DNA of 64,000 bases from Pseudomonadota bacterium (GTDB lineage Bacteria > Pseudomonadota > Gammaproteobacteria > SURF-13): assembly GCA_041695325.1 (NCBI GenBank), contig JBGFRC010000029.1, positions 4,526 to 68,525 on the forward strand, read 5' to 3'. Positions 23,148 to 32,458 of this stretch are shown here, in pieces. The notes beneath the pieces are model-generated. The model was not told where the DNA came from. It ran no database searches and was given only the letters and a program-made list of their open reading frames with translations. Made by a program: the position numbers and the translations under genes. The number at the start of each line of letters is the position of its first letter. The first letter of the stretch is position 1.

Positions 23148-24178
23148 TGAGCGCGCCTGCCCGTGATGACGCGCACGGGGCATCGCCCGTCAGCGGAGTA
23201 TTGATCAGCAACCTGGGCACGCCGGACGCGCCCACCGCTCAAGCCTTGCGCCGCTATCTGGGGGAATTTCTCCGGGATCCGCGCGTGGTGGACATGCCGC
23301 GCTGGCTATGGTGGCCGATATTGCACGGCGTGATACTGCGCATCCGCCCCGCGCGCTCCGCGCACGCCTACGCAAAGGTCTGGAGCGAGCAGGGTTCCCC
23401 GCTGCTGGCGAACTCGCAGCGTCAGGCGGCGGCCTTGCAGAAGGTATTAAATGCACGCTTCCAGGGACGGGTGCAGGTGGCGCTGGGCATGCGCTACGGC
23501 AAACCTTCTCTGGAGGACGCGTTCAATCAATTGCGCGCCGCTAACGCCGCGCGTGTAGTGTTGCTGCCGCTGTATCCTCAATATTCCTCTTCCACCACCG
23601 CTTCGACCTTCGACGCGGCGGCGGCGATACTCAAAAAATGGAAAAACATCCCCGAGCTGCGCCTGGTGAAGCAGTATCACCACGAACCCGCGTATATTAA
23701 AGCTGTGGCGGAATCCATCCGCGATCATTGGCGCGGGCGCGAACCGGGCGAGCGACTGTTGTTTTCCTTTCACGGGCTGCCGCAGCGTTTTCTCGAACGG
23801 GGTGACCCCTATTATTACCAGTGCCACAAAACCGCTCGCCTGGTTGCGGAGCAATTGCAGCTGTCCGGCGACCGGTGGAAAGTAAGTTTTCAGTCGCGCT
23901 TCGGGCGCGAGCCGTGGTTGCAGCCTTACACGGATCATACTCTGCAACAGTGTACCGGCGCCGGCATAAAAAGTGTGGACATAGTATGTCCGGGATTTTC
24001 CGCCGACTGCCTGGAGACTCTGGAGGAAATCGCCTTGCAGAATCGCGATTTGTTTCTGCAATCCGGCGGCGAACGTTATCACTACATCCCTGCGTTGAAC
24101 GATCATCCCGCGCATATCGAGGCGCTGGCCGATATTGCCGCGAAGCATGCTTGCAACTGGCTCAAAGCGGACACTTGA
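23147..24178 (+). CDS. hemH: Ferrochelatase
   Basis: NLGTPD, LYPQYS, FSFHGLP, GDPY, FQSRFG, DCLETLEE. Confidence 0.96.
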   Translation: MSAPARDDAHGASPVSGVLISNLGTPDAPTAQALRRYLGEFLRDPRVVDMPRWLWWPILHGVILRIRPARSAHAYAKVWSEQGSPLLANSQRQAAALQKVLNARFQGRVQVALGMRYGKPSLEDAFNQLRAANAARVVLLPLYPQYSSSTTASTFDAAAAILKKWKNIPELRLVKQYHHEPAYIKAVAESIRDHWRGREPGERLLFSFHGLPQRFLERGDPYYYQCHKTARLVAEQLQLSGDRWKVSFQSRFGREPWLQPYTDHTLQQCTGAGIKSVDIVCPGFSADCLETLEEIALQNRDLFLQSGGERYHYIPALNDHPAHIEALADIAAKHACNWLKADT

Positions 24179-24184
24179 CGGGCG

Positions 24185-24212
24185 TTGTACTATTAAGACA
24201 TCGGGGTATAAT
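24185..24212 (+). promoter_or_regulatory. Putative sigma70 promoter of the basic protein gene
   Basis: TTGTAC-N16-TATAAT upstream of an AGGAG RBS and ATG 24250. Confidence 0.5.
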
Positions 24213-24249
24213 GAACAGCACCGATCATGCCCATGCAGGAGAAAAATAC

Positions 24250-24651
24250 ATGGCTAAAATGAAGAAGGCTGCACTAGTGAGCAAGAAAAGAAAGGCTGGT
24301 TTGGTTCGCGGAAAGCGCGGGAAAATAACACGTGCGATAAAAGTAACGCGGCGCAAGAAACGCGCAAAGATTAAATTGAGCGCCGCCACGTTGAAGCGGC
24401 TGGCGGCGAAGGAGCGAGTCGCCCAAGCCAGGGCCGAGGCCGCGGTGAAGGCGGCCGCGAAGCGCGCCCGGGCGGCGGCCAAGAAGACCATGGCGCGCAT
24501 GATGAAGGCCAAACGCAAGGCTGTGCGCGCATTCGAGAAAAAGTGGGAGCGTAAATACTTCATCAAGCTGGCGCGCATGCAACGGGCGGCGGCGAGAAGG
24601 GCGGCCGCCACGAAAAGAAAGGCGGTAAAAAAAGTCGCGCGCGGCTGGTAG
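24250..24651 (+). CDS. Highly basic Lys/Arg/Ala-rich protein (histone H1-like, putative nucleoid protein)
   Basis: 133 aa with 52 K+R and 4 acidic residues; AGGAG RBS; consensus -10 upstream. Confidence 0.75.
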   Translation: MAKMKKAALVSKKRKAGLVRGKRGKITRAIKVTRRKKRAKIKLSAATLKRLAAKERVAQARAEAAVKAAAKRARAAAKKTMARMMKAKRKAVRAFEKKWERKYFIKLARMQRAAARRAAATKRKAVKKVARGW

Positions 24652-24657
24652 ACCTAT

Positions 24658-24809
24658 CAGGTTGTTGAAAAAGCCCTTCCATGGGCTTTTTCAACTCGCA
24701 AAGCGAAAAGTGTCATTTTCGCTTTGCTTCATTTTTCAAGCACATAAAGCGTGCTTGAAAAATGGCGGTGCGTCCCTGCACCGCACGCAGGCTGTTTCTC
24801 AACAGCCTG
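24658..24809. mobile_element. 152-bp MITE with IS5/IS1182-like ends
   Basis: TIRs CAGGTTGTTGAAAAA and TTTCTCAACAGCCTG (13/15); CTAT on both flanks (24654-24657, 24810-24813); five internal hairpins. Confidence 0.8.
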
Positions 24810-24825
24810 CTATCTACACCCAGCG

Positions 24826-26058
24826 TCAGGTGAGACCGGCAAATAGCTGCACCGTCACCGGCGCGCCGGGTGAGACCTCCGTGCACCCCTCAGGCAGGAT
24901 GATGAAGCAGTCGGCCTTGCTCATGGAGCTGAGGATGCCGGAGCCCTGCGCCCCGGTGGTGCGCACCGTCATCTGACCCGCGCCGTCGCGTTCGATGACG
25001 CCGCGCAGAAACTCGGTGCGCCCGGCGGCCTTTTCGAGACGTTCGGTACAGTTCACCCGCAGGGTATACGCCGTGTGCTCCTGCATGCCCATCAGCTTGC
25101 GCAGCCCGGGCAGCACGAACTGGTAAAAGGTGACCATGGCGGACACCGGGTTGCCGGGCAGGCCGAAAAAATGCGCGCGCCCGATGCGGCCGAAGGCCAA
25201 AGGCTTGCCGGGCTTCATGGCGATGCGCCAGAAATTCACTTCGCCCAGTTCGGCCAGGATTTCCCGGATGTAATCGGTCTCGCCCACCGAAGCGCCGCCG
25301 CTGCTGAGGATGATGTCAGCCGCTTTCGCCGCTTCAGCCAGCGCCGCGCGCACCTGTTCGCGCTCATCGCGCACGATGCCCCTGTCCAGGCACGTCACTC
25401 CCGTCTGCGCCAGCAGCGCGCGCAAAGTGTAGCGATTGCTGTCGTGAATCTGTCCCGTTCCGAGCGGCTCATCCACCTCGCGCAGCTCATCGCCGGTGGA
25501 CAGCAACGCGACGCGCGTGCGCCGGTAAACGCTCACCGTGGCGATACCGAGCGAGGCCAGCAGGCCCAGATCTGCGGGCTGGAGGCGTCTGCCGAGCTTT
25601 AACACCGCGTCCCCGCGCGCAATGTCCTCGCCCGCCTGGCGCACATGCTGGCCGGGCATATGTCCCGGTGCAAGGCGCAGGATACCGCCAACGTGCTCCG
25701 CCTGCTCCTGCATGATGACGGTATCGGCGCCTTGCGGCAGCATGGCGCCGGTCATGATGCGTATGCACTCGCCCGGACCCAGTGCTGCGCCATAAGGTTT
25801 GCCCGCCAGCGCCGCGCCCACGATTTTTAAAGCACGCATGCCGCCGGCCGGCAGATCGGCGCTGTTCAGCGCATAGCCGTCCATGGCCGAGTTGGCGTAA
25901 GGCGGCACTTCCACGCCGGAACACACGTCTGCGCCAAGCACGCGCCCCAGACTGTCGGCGAGGGCGACTTGTTCGCATTCGGCAATAGGGATGATGGCGG
26001 CGCGGATACGCCGCACCGCCTCTTCAACGCCGAGCAAGGTGGAGTTTTTCTCGGTCAT
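24826..26058 (-). CDS. moeA: Molybdopterin molybdotransferase
   Basis: SAMDGYA, IMTGA, STGDEL, SGGASVG, MKPGKP, GLPGNPVS. Confidence 0.96.
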   Translation of the reverse strand: MTEKNSTLLGVEEAVRRIRAAIIPIAECEQVALADSLGRVLGADVCSGVEVPPYANSAMDGYALNSADLPAGGMRALKIVGAALAGKPYGAALGPGECIRIMTGAMLPQGADTVIMQEQAEHVGGILRLAPGHMPGQHVRQAGEDIARGDAVLKLGRRLQPADLGLLASLGIATVSVYRRTRVALLSTGDELREVDEPLGTGQIHDSNRYTLRALLAQTGVTCLDRGIVRDEREQVRAALAEAAKAADIILSSGGASVGETDYIREILAELGEVNFWRIAMKPGKPLAFGRIGRAHFFGLPGNPVSAMVTFYQFVLPGLRKLMGMQEHTAYTLRVNCTERLEKAAGRTEFLRGVIERDGAGQMTVRTTGAQGSGILSSMSKADCFIILPEGCTEVSPGAPVTVQLFAGLT

Positions 26059-26678
26059 GCACCGTAGTAGTTTACGGCAAATCCGCTTTCAGTGACGTGT
26101 TTCAGCTTGGCGTAATCATCAGGGGTGTTCAGATTCAGAAATGCCTCCGGCTGATCGGAAAAATCCGCCAGCGAGTGGAGTTGACGCCTCAGCCATTCAT
26201 GAACCGCGCGTCCGCCGTTATTTAAATAGTTCTGCAAATCAGGTGCGAGATTGCGCTGCAGCAAAACATACACCGGTTGCAGGCGGATCCCGTCATGCGC
26301 CACGCACACGCTGGCGCCGGCCTGCACCAGCGCAGCCAGCATGCGGCGCGCATACCGGCGCGGCGGCGCTGGCGAGTCACAGGGTACGGTGAGAATGTAA
26401 TCCGTCTCGGCATGGCGCATGGCGCTTATTATCCCGGCCAGCGGTCCGCACTGTTCAGCGGCGCCGTCCTCCACTACCGGCACGCCGTAACGCGCGTAAC
26501 GCGCCAGATTGCGATTGGCGTTAATGATCATCCGGTCAACCTGCGGCGCCAGCCGGTGCAGCATATGTTCCACCAGCGGCTTCCCCCCAAGCTCCAGCAA
26601 ACCCTTGTCTGCGCCCTGCAGGCGCCGTCCCTGTCCGCCCGCGAGGATTACTCCGGTGATGGCAACGTGTGCGTGCAT
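26055..26678 (-). CDS. mobA: Molybdenum cofactor guanylyltransferase
   Basis: ILAGGQGRRL..DKG, GPLAGI, VPCDSP, NLNTP. Confidence 0.93.
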   Translation of the reverse strand: MHAHVAITGVILAGGQGRRLQGADKGLLELGGKPLVEHMLHRLAPQVDRMIINANRNLARYARYGVPVVEDGAAEQCGPLAGIISAMRHAETDYILTVPCDSPAPPRRYARRMLAALVQAGASVCVAHDGIRLQPVYVLLQRNLAPDLQNYLNNGGRAVHEWLRRQLHSLADFSDQPEAFLNLNTPDDYAKLKHVTESGFAVNYYGA

Positions 26679-26773
26679 CCTGGTTGATGGATTCAGCAAT
26701 TCTCATACCAAAAGAAAATATCCATGCCTGGCGCGAACTGGCGCGTCATTGCGCCTATCCGCGGGGAATTTTT

Positions 26774-26821
26774 TGCACCAAATGCGTGAATCAAAATGCA
26801 CCGCTGCTGTAATTTGGTGCA
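26774..26821 (+). promoter_or_regulatory. Tandem NtrC-type upstream activator sites
   Basis: TGCAC-N7-GTGAA (26774-26790) and TGCTG-N7-GTGCA (26805-26821), centres 31 bp apart, about 85-130 bp upstream of the sigma54 motif. Confidence 0.7.
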
Positions 26822-26903
26822 GGCTGTGCCGCTGCATTTATTTTTATTGGTCAGATTCGGATAAAAATTAAGTGAAAACAATTGATTAGGCTAATAAACG
26901 ATA

Positions 26904-26920
26904 TTGGCCCATAACTTGCT
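26904..26920 (+). promoter_or_regulatory. sigma54 (-24/-12) promoter of the nitrate assimilation operon
   Basis: TTGGCCCATAACTTGCT has exact GG-N10-GC spacing. Confidence 0.8.
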
Positions 26921-26962
26921 GAGCGATCTTACTGTTCGAGGCTTGGAGTGACGAGGTTTCAG

Positions 26963-29401
26963 ATGAGAGAAAAGCTGGTACTGGTCGGCAACGGCATGGC
27001 CGGGGTGCGCACCCTGGAAGAGTTGCTGAAAATCGCGCCGGATAAATACGACATCACTGTCTTTGGCGCGGAGCCCTACGGCAATTATAACCGCATCCTG
27101 CTCTCGCCCGTGCTAGCCGGCGAAAAGACTCTGGACGAGATCATGCTCAATGACAGGCAGTGGTATATAGACAACGGCATTACGCTGCATTGCGGCACAG
27201 AAGTAGTTTGGATAGATCGCGCCAGGCGCAGGGTCGTCGCCGCCGACGGCGGCGACGTGATCTACGATCGCCTGGTGCTGGCAACCGGCTCGAATCCGTT
27301 TGTCATTCCGGTGCCGGGGAAGGATCTGTCCGGCGTGGTGACCTTCCGCGATATGCACGACGTGCAGACGATGATCGCCGCCGCGAAAAGATATCAGCAC
27401 GCGGTGGTGATAGGCGGCGGCTTGCTGGGTTTGGAGGCGGCCAACGGGCTGATGCGCCAAGGCATGAGCGTGACCGTGGTGCACATCCACGAGACGCTGA
27501 TGGAGCGTCAACTGGACGGGATGGCGGGCGAGATGCTGCGTCAGTCGCTGGAGCAGCGCGGCATGCGCTTCCACATGCCGGCGCAGACCGTGGAGATCGT
27601 GGGCGAGGAGCGCGTGCGCGGCGTGCGCTTCCAGGACGGCTCGGAGCTTTACGCCGATCTGGTGGTGATGGCGGCGGGCATCCGCCCCAACATTGATTTG
27701 GCGAAAAAGTCCGGCATCTACTGCGAGCGCGGCATCGTGGTGAATGATACGCTGCAAACCTATGATCCCAGCATTTACGCCGTGGGCGAGTGCGTGCAGC
27801 ACCGCAATCAGACTTACGGCTTAGTCGCGCCGCTGTTTGAACAGGCCAAGGTCTGCGCCAACCACCTCGCGCACTTTGGCTACTTGCGCTATCAAGGTTC
27901 GCTGACCTCGACCAAGCTCAAGGTCACCGGCATAGAACTGTTTTCAGCGGGTGATTTCAGCGGCGGCGAGGGCCGCGAGGAAATCGTGCTCAGGGACGCC
28001 TCGCAGGGCACGTACAAAAAACTGGTGATCCGCGCCAATCGCATTCAAGGCGCGGTGCTGTACGGCGATACCGTGGACGGCGCCTGGTACTTCCAGTTGA
28101 TGCGCGACGGCACAGACGTCGCCGCGTTCCGCGATCAACTCATGTTCGGTCAGGCCCATCTCGGCGATGCCGGGCACGGCGGCCAGAACAAGGCGGCCGC
28201 GATGAGCGACCATATGGAGGTGTGCGGCTGCAACGGCGTGTGCAAGGGGACCATCGTCAAGGCGATCACCGAAAAGGGCCTGTTCACGCTGGAAGAGGTG
28301 CGCGCGCACACCAAGGCGTCCTCCTCGTGCGGTTCCTGCACCGGGCTGGTGGAGCAGATCATGGCCTCGGTGCTGGGCGGGGGTTACACCGCCGCGCCCA
28401 AGGAAAAACCGTTGTGCAAGTGCACCGATCACACCCACGACGACGTGCGTAAGGCCGTGCGCGAACATCGGTTGCTCACGATACGCGAGGTGATGGATTA
28501 TTTTAAATGGCCCAATCCGGACGGCTGCCACGTGTGCCGTCCCGCGCTCAATTATTATTTATTGTGCGCCCGGCCCGCGGAATATCAGGACGATCCGCAA
28601 TCGCGTTTCATCAACGAACGCGCACACGCCAACATCCAGAAAGACGGCACCTATTCCGTCGTGCCGCGCATGTGGGGCGGCGTCACCAATTCCCATGAGC
28701 TGCGTACCATCGCCGACGTGGTGGATAAGTTCAACATCCCCACCGTCAAGGTCACCGGCGGCCAGCGTATTGATCTGCTGGGCGTGAAAAAAGAAGACCT
28801 GCCGGCGGTGTGGCGCGAGCTGGGCAAGGGCGGGCTGGTGTCCGGCCACGCTTACGGCAAGGCGCTGCGCACCGTGAAGACCTGCGTCGGCAAGGAGTGG
28901 TGCCGTTTCGGCACGCAGGATTCCACCGCCATGGGCATCCGTCTGGAAAAACGTACCTGGGGGTCGTGGATGCCGCACAAGTTCAAGATGGCGGTGTCGG
29001 GCTGCCCGCGCAACTGCGCCGAGGCCACCATCAAGGATTTCGGTGTGGTCGCGGTGGATTCCGGCTGGGAGCTGCACGTGGGCGGCAACGGCGGGGTGAA
29101 GATACGTCCTACGGATCTGCTGGGCAAGGTGGCAAGTGAGGACGAAGTGGAGGAATACTGCTGCGCCTTCATTCAACTCTACCGTGAAGAAGCGCGTTAC
29201 CTGGAGCGTACCGCGCCGTGGATCGAACGCGTCGGCCTGGCCTACGTCAAGCAACGCGTGGTGGAGGATGCGGCGGAACGTAAAGCACTCTATGCGCGCT
29301 TCATCGAGTCGCAAAAATACGCGCAGCTGGACCCATGGGCGCAGCGGGCTGAGCGCGCGGTGCAGAAGCATGAATTCATGCCTCTCATGGAAGTGGTGTG
29401 A
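26963..29401 (+). CDS. nirB: Assimilatory nitrite reductase NAD(P)H large subunit
   Basis: GNGMAG FAD motif, GGGLLGLEAA, CGCN/CGSC 2Fe-2S motifs, KTCVG..WC, SGCPRNCAE siroheme motif; ATG 26963 (alternative GTG 26948). Confidence 0.96.
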   Translation: MREKLVLVGNGMAGVRTLEELLKIAPDKYDITVFGAEPYGNYNRILLSPVLAGEKTLDEIMLNDRQWYIDNGITLHCGTEVVWIDRARRRVVAADGGDVIYDRLVLATGSNPFVIPVPGKDLSGVVTFRDMHDVQTMIAAAKRYQHAVVIGGGLLGLEAANGLMRQGMSVTVVHIHETLMERQLDGMAGEMLRQSLEQRGMRFHMPAQTVEIVGEERVRGVRFQDGSELYADLVVMAAGIRPNIDLAKKSGIYCERGIVVNDTLQTYDPSIYAVGECVQHRNQTYGLVAPLFEQAKVCANHLAHFGYLRYQGSLTSTKLKVTGIELFSAGDFSGGEGREEIVLRDASQGTYKKLVIRANRIQGAVLYGDTVDGAWYFQLMRDGTDVAAFRDQLMFGQAHLGDAGHGGQNKAAAMSDHMEVCGCNGVCKGTIVKAITEKGLFTLEEVRAHTKASSSCGSCTGLVEQIMASVLGGGYTAAPKEKPLCKCTDHTHDDVRKAVREHRLLTIREVMDYFKWPNPDGCHVCRPALNYYLLCARPAEYQDDPQSRFINERAHANIQKDGTYSVVPRMWGGVTNSHELRTIADVVDKFNIPTVKVTGGQRIDLLGVKKEDLPAVWRELGKGGLVSGHAYGKALRTVKTCVGKEWCRFGTQDSTAMGIRLEKRTWGSWMPHKFKMAVSGCPRNCAEATIKDFGVVAVDSGWELHVGGNGGVKIRPTDLLGKVASEDEVEEYCCAFIQLYREEARYLERTAPWIERVGLAYVKQRVVEDAAERKALYARFIESQKYAQLDPWAQRAERAVQKHEFMPLMEVV

Positions 29402-29742
29402 GCCAGTCCATGCGCTGGATTGAGGTGGGATACCTGGAAGACATCCCCAGATTGGGCGCGCGCGTGGTGCGCACCACACAGGGCGACGTCGCCTTGTTCC
29501 GGACCGCGGGCGATGAAGTATTCGCCCTGCGCGATCAGTGTCCGCACAAGGGCGGGCCGTTGTCGCAAGGCATCGTGCACGGCAGACGCGTGACCTGCCC
29601 TCTGCACAACTGGGTGATCGAACTCGACACAGGCACGGCCGTCGCGCCCGACGAGGGGCGCACGGCCTGTTATCCGGCCAAGGTCGAGCGCGGCGTGGTG
29701 AGCATTTCACTCCGGCACGGTGAGTTGCACAAAAACGCATGA
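29398..29742 (+). CDS. nirD: Nitrite reductase small (Rieske) subunit
   Basis: CPHKGGPLSQG...CPLH Rieske motif, directly after nirB. Confidence 0.93.
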   Translation: MSQSMRWIEVGYLEDIPRLGARVVRTTQGDVALFRTAGDEVFALRDQCPHKGGPLSQGIVHGRRVTCPLHNWVIELDTGTAVAPDEGRTACYPAKVERGVVSISLRHGELHKNA

Positions 29743-32429
29743 CCGCCCCCCGGCCGGTAAAAACCACCTGTCCTTATTGCGGCGTGGGCTGCGGGCTGGT
29801 CGCCGCCGTCCAGGCCGACGGCGGCGTGCAGCTACGCGGCGACGAGATGCATCCGGCCAACTTCGGACGCCTGTGTTCCAAGGGCGCCGCGCTTGCTGAA
29901 ACAATAGATCTGGAAGGGCGGCTGCTTTATCCCGAAGCGGCGGGCGCGCGCTGCGCCTGGGACACGGCGCTCACCGCCGTCGCGCAAGGCTTTGCGCGCG
30001 TGATAGCGAAGCACGGCCCGGATGCCGTGGCGTTTTACGTCTCCGGCCAGTTGCTCACCGAAGATTATTACGTCGCCAATAAACTGATGAAGGGGTTTAT
30101 CGGCTCGGCCAATATTGATACCAACTCGCGCCTGTGCATGGCCTCCAGCGTCGCCGGCCACAAGCGCGCCTTCGGCAGCGACACCGTGCCGGGCTGCTAT
30201 GAAGATCTGGAGCAGGCGGATTTGATCGTATTGACCGGCTCCAATACGGCCTGGTGTCATCCGGTGTTGTTTCAGCGCATCGGCCAGGCCAGGAAAACCA
30301 ATCCCCGCCTCAAGATCGTAGTGATAGATCCGCGCCGCACCGCGACCTGCGACATCGCCGATCTGCATCTTGCGTTGCGCTCCGGCAGCGACGCGGCGCT
30401 GTTTAACGGCCTGCTGAGTTATCTGCACGTGAACGGCCGGCGCGATGACGCCTATATCCGCGCCCATACCGAAGGCGTGGAAGCCGCGATCACCAGCGCA
30501 TTGACCAGCGTGCCCGGCGAGGATGCCGCCGCCCTCCAATGCGGACTCGAGGCAGCGCAGGTGCGGGCGTTTTTTGATCTGTTCGCTGCCACGGAAAAAA
30601 CCGTCACCGTCTATTCGCAGGGCGTGAATCAATCCTCCAGCGGCACCGACAAGGTCAACGCCATTATTAACTGTCATCTGCTCACCGGACGCATCGGCCG
30701 GCCCGGCATGGGGCCGTTTTCCTTCACCGGGCAGCCCAACGCCATGGGCGGGCGCGAAGTGGGAGGGCTGGCGAATCAATTGGCGGCGCACATGGAGCTG
30801 GAGAATCCGGAACACCGCGCGCGCGTGCAGCGTTTCTGGCAATCGCCCGTCATCGCGGACAAACCGGGGCTCAAGGCGGTGGACATGTTTCGCGCGCTGG
30901 GGGAGGGGAAGATCAAGGCCATTTGGATCATGGCGACCAATCCGGTGGTGAGCCTGCCGGACGCGGACGCGGCGCGCAAGGCGTTGCGCTCTTGTGAGCT
31001 GGTCGTGGTTTCAGACTGCGTGCGCCATACCGATACCACGGCCTGCGCCGATGTGCTGTTGCCGGCGCTGGCGTGGGGGGAAAAGAACGGCACGGTGACC
31101 AATTCCGAGCGGCGTATTTCACTGCAGCGCCAGTTTCTGCCGGTACCGGGAGAGGCCAGACCGGACTGGTGGATTATCGCGCAGGTGGCCCAACGCATGG
31201 GTTACGGGCGCGCGTTTGATTACGCCTCGGCCGCGCAAATCTTTAATGAGCACGCGGCGCTGTCCGGGTTTGAAAACAACGGTGCGCGCGACTTCGACAT
31301 TTCCGGGCTGTGCGGTTTGGACGAGGCCGCCTACTCGCAACTGCAGCCCGTGCAATGGCCAGTCACGCGACCCGGCGCCAGCGGTACGCCACGTCTGTTT
31401 GGAGCAGGACGGTTTTACACCCCGTCGGGGAAGGCGCGCTTTATCCCCGTCACCCCGCGCGCGCCGCGCCATCCGGCGGATCAGGCCTTTCCCATGGTGC
31501 TCAACACCGGCCGGGTGCGCGATCACTGGCACACCTTGACGCGCACCGGAAAGTCGGCGCGTTTATCCAGCCACGTTTATGAGCCCTATGCCGAATTGCA
31601 TCCGCGGGACGCGGCGTCTCTCGGAATACAACAAAACGATCTGGTGAATATCACCGGCCAGCTCGGTGTTGTCACCGTGCGCGCGCTGTTGAACGACGCG
31701 CAACAGCAAGGCCAGGTATTCGTCCCTATGCACTGGAACGATCAATTCGCCGCTCAGGCGCGCGTGGATGCGCTGGTGCACCCCGTGGTGGACCCGGTTT
31801 CCGGCCAGCCGGAATCCAAGCACACGCCGGTGCGGGTGAGCGTGTACCGTCCTCGCTGGTACGGTTTTTTATTGTCACGCCGCGAATTGACCGTGCGGGA
31901 TGCCACTTACTGGGCGCGCGCCAGGGGCGTGGACTTGTGGCGTTATGAGATGGCGGGCGATTTGCCCCCGGACGACTGGAGCGCGTGGGCGCGCGCGCTG
32001 CTTTGCGCGCCCAAAGACAGTGAAAACGACCGGGTTGCCTGGATTGATTATCTCGACCGTGGCGCGGGCTGTTATCGCGGCGCGCGGCTGTTGAACCAGC
32101 GCCTGGAAAGCTGCTTGTTTGTCGCGCCCGGCCCAGAACTTCCCCCGCGCTCCTGGCTGATGGAGTTGTTTACCCTCAAGCGCGCGCTTAGTCCGGCGGA
32201 GCGCAACAGCCTGCTCGCCGCACGCCCGCTGGCCGCCGTGGAAGACGCAGGCGCCACAGTGTGCGCCTGCTTCAACGTGGGGCGCAACACCCTGCTGCGC
32301 GCGATACAACGAGAGGGGCTGCGCAGCGTGGAGACCGTCGGCCAACGTCTCAAAGCGGGCACTAATTGCGGTTCCTGCCTACCTGAGTTAAAGGCGCTGA
32401 TTGCGCAGGCGATGAAGCAGTGCGCCTGA
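29739..32429 (+). CDS. nasA: Assimilatory nitrate reductase catalytic subunit
   Basis: TCPYCGVGCG..LCSKG, NSRLCM, GQPNAMGGRE, NTGR..D.WH, C-terminal BFD-like CACF..CGSC domain. Confidence 0.95.
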   Translation: MTAPRPVKTTCPYCGVGCGLVAAVQADGGVQLRGDEMHPANFGRLCSKGAALAETIDLEGRLLYPEAAGARCAWDTALTAVAQGFARVIAKHGPDAVAFYVSGQLLTEDYYVANKLMKGFIGSANIDTNSRLCMASSVAGHKRAFGSDTVPGCYEDLEQADLIVLTGSNTAWCHPVLFQRIGQARKTNPRLKIVVIDPRRTATCDIADLHLALRSGSDAALFNGLLSYLHVNGRRDDAYIRAHTEGVEAAITSALTSVPGEDAAALQCGLEAAQVRAFFDLFAATEKTVTVYSQGVNQSSSGTDKVNAIINCHLLTGRIGRPGMGPFSFTGQPNAMGGREVGGLANQLAAHMELENPEHRARVQRFWQSPVIADKPGLKAVDMFRALGEGKIKAIWIMATNPVVSLPDADAARKALRSCELVVVSDCVRHTDTTACADVLLPALAWGEKNGTVTNSERRISLQRQFLPVPGEARPDWWIIAQVAQRMGYGRAFDYASAAQIFNEHAALSGFENNGARDFDISGLCGLDEAAYSQLQPVQWPVTRPGASGTPRLFGAGRFYTPSGKARFIPVTPRAPRHPADQAFPMVLNTGRVRDHWHTLTRTGKSARLSSHVYEPYAELHPRDAASLGIQQNDLVNITGQLGVVTVRALLNDAQQQGQVFVPMHWNDQFAAQARVDALVHPVVDPVSGQPESKHTPVRVSVYRPRWYGFLLSRRELTVRDATYWARARGVDLWRYEMAGDLPPDDWSAWARALLCAPKDSENDRVAWIDYLDRGAGCYRGARLLNQRLESCLFVAPGPELPPRSWLMELFTLKRALSPAERNSLLAARPLAAVEDAGATVCACFNVGRNTLLRAIQREGLRSVETVGQRLKAGTNCGSCLPELKALIAQAMKQCA

Positions 32430-32458
32430 CATCTTCCATCGAAACGGAGTAACACCGC

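Noticed and set aside
24662-24976. 104-aa ORF starting in the MITE
   Set aside because: Begins in the repeat element and runs antisense into moeA
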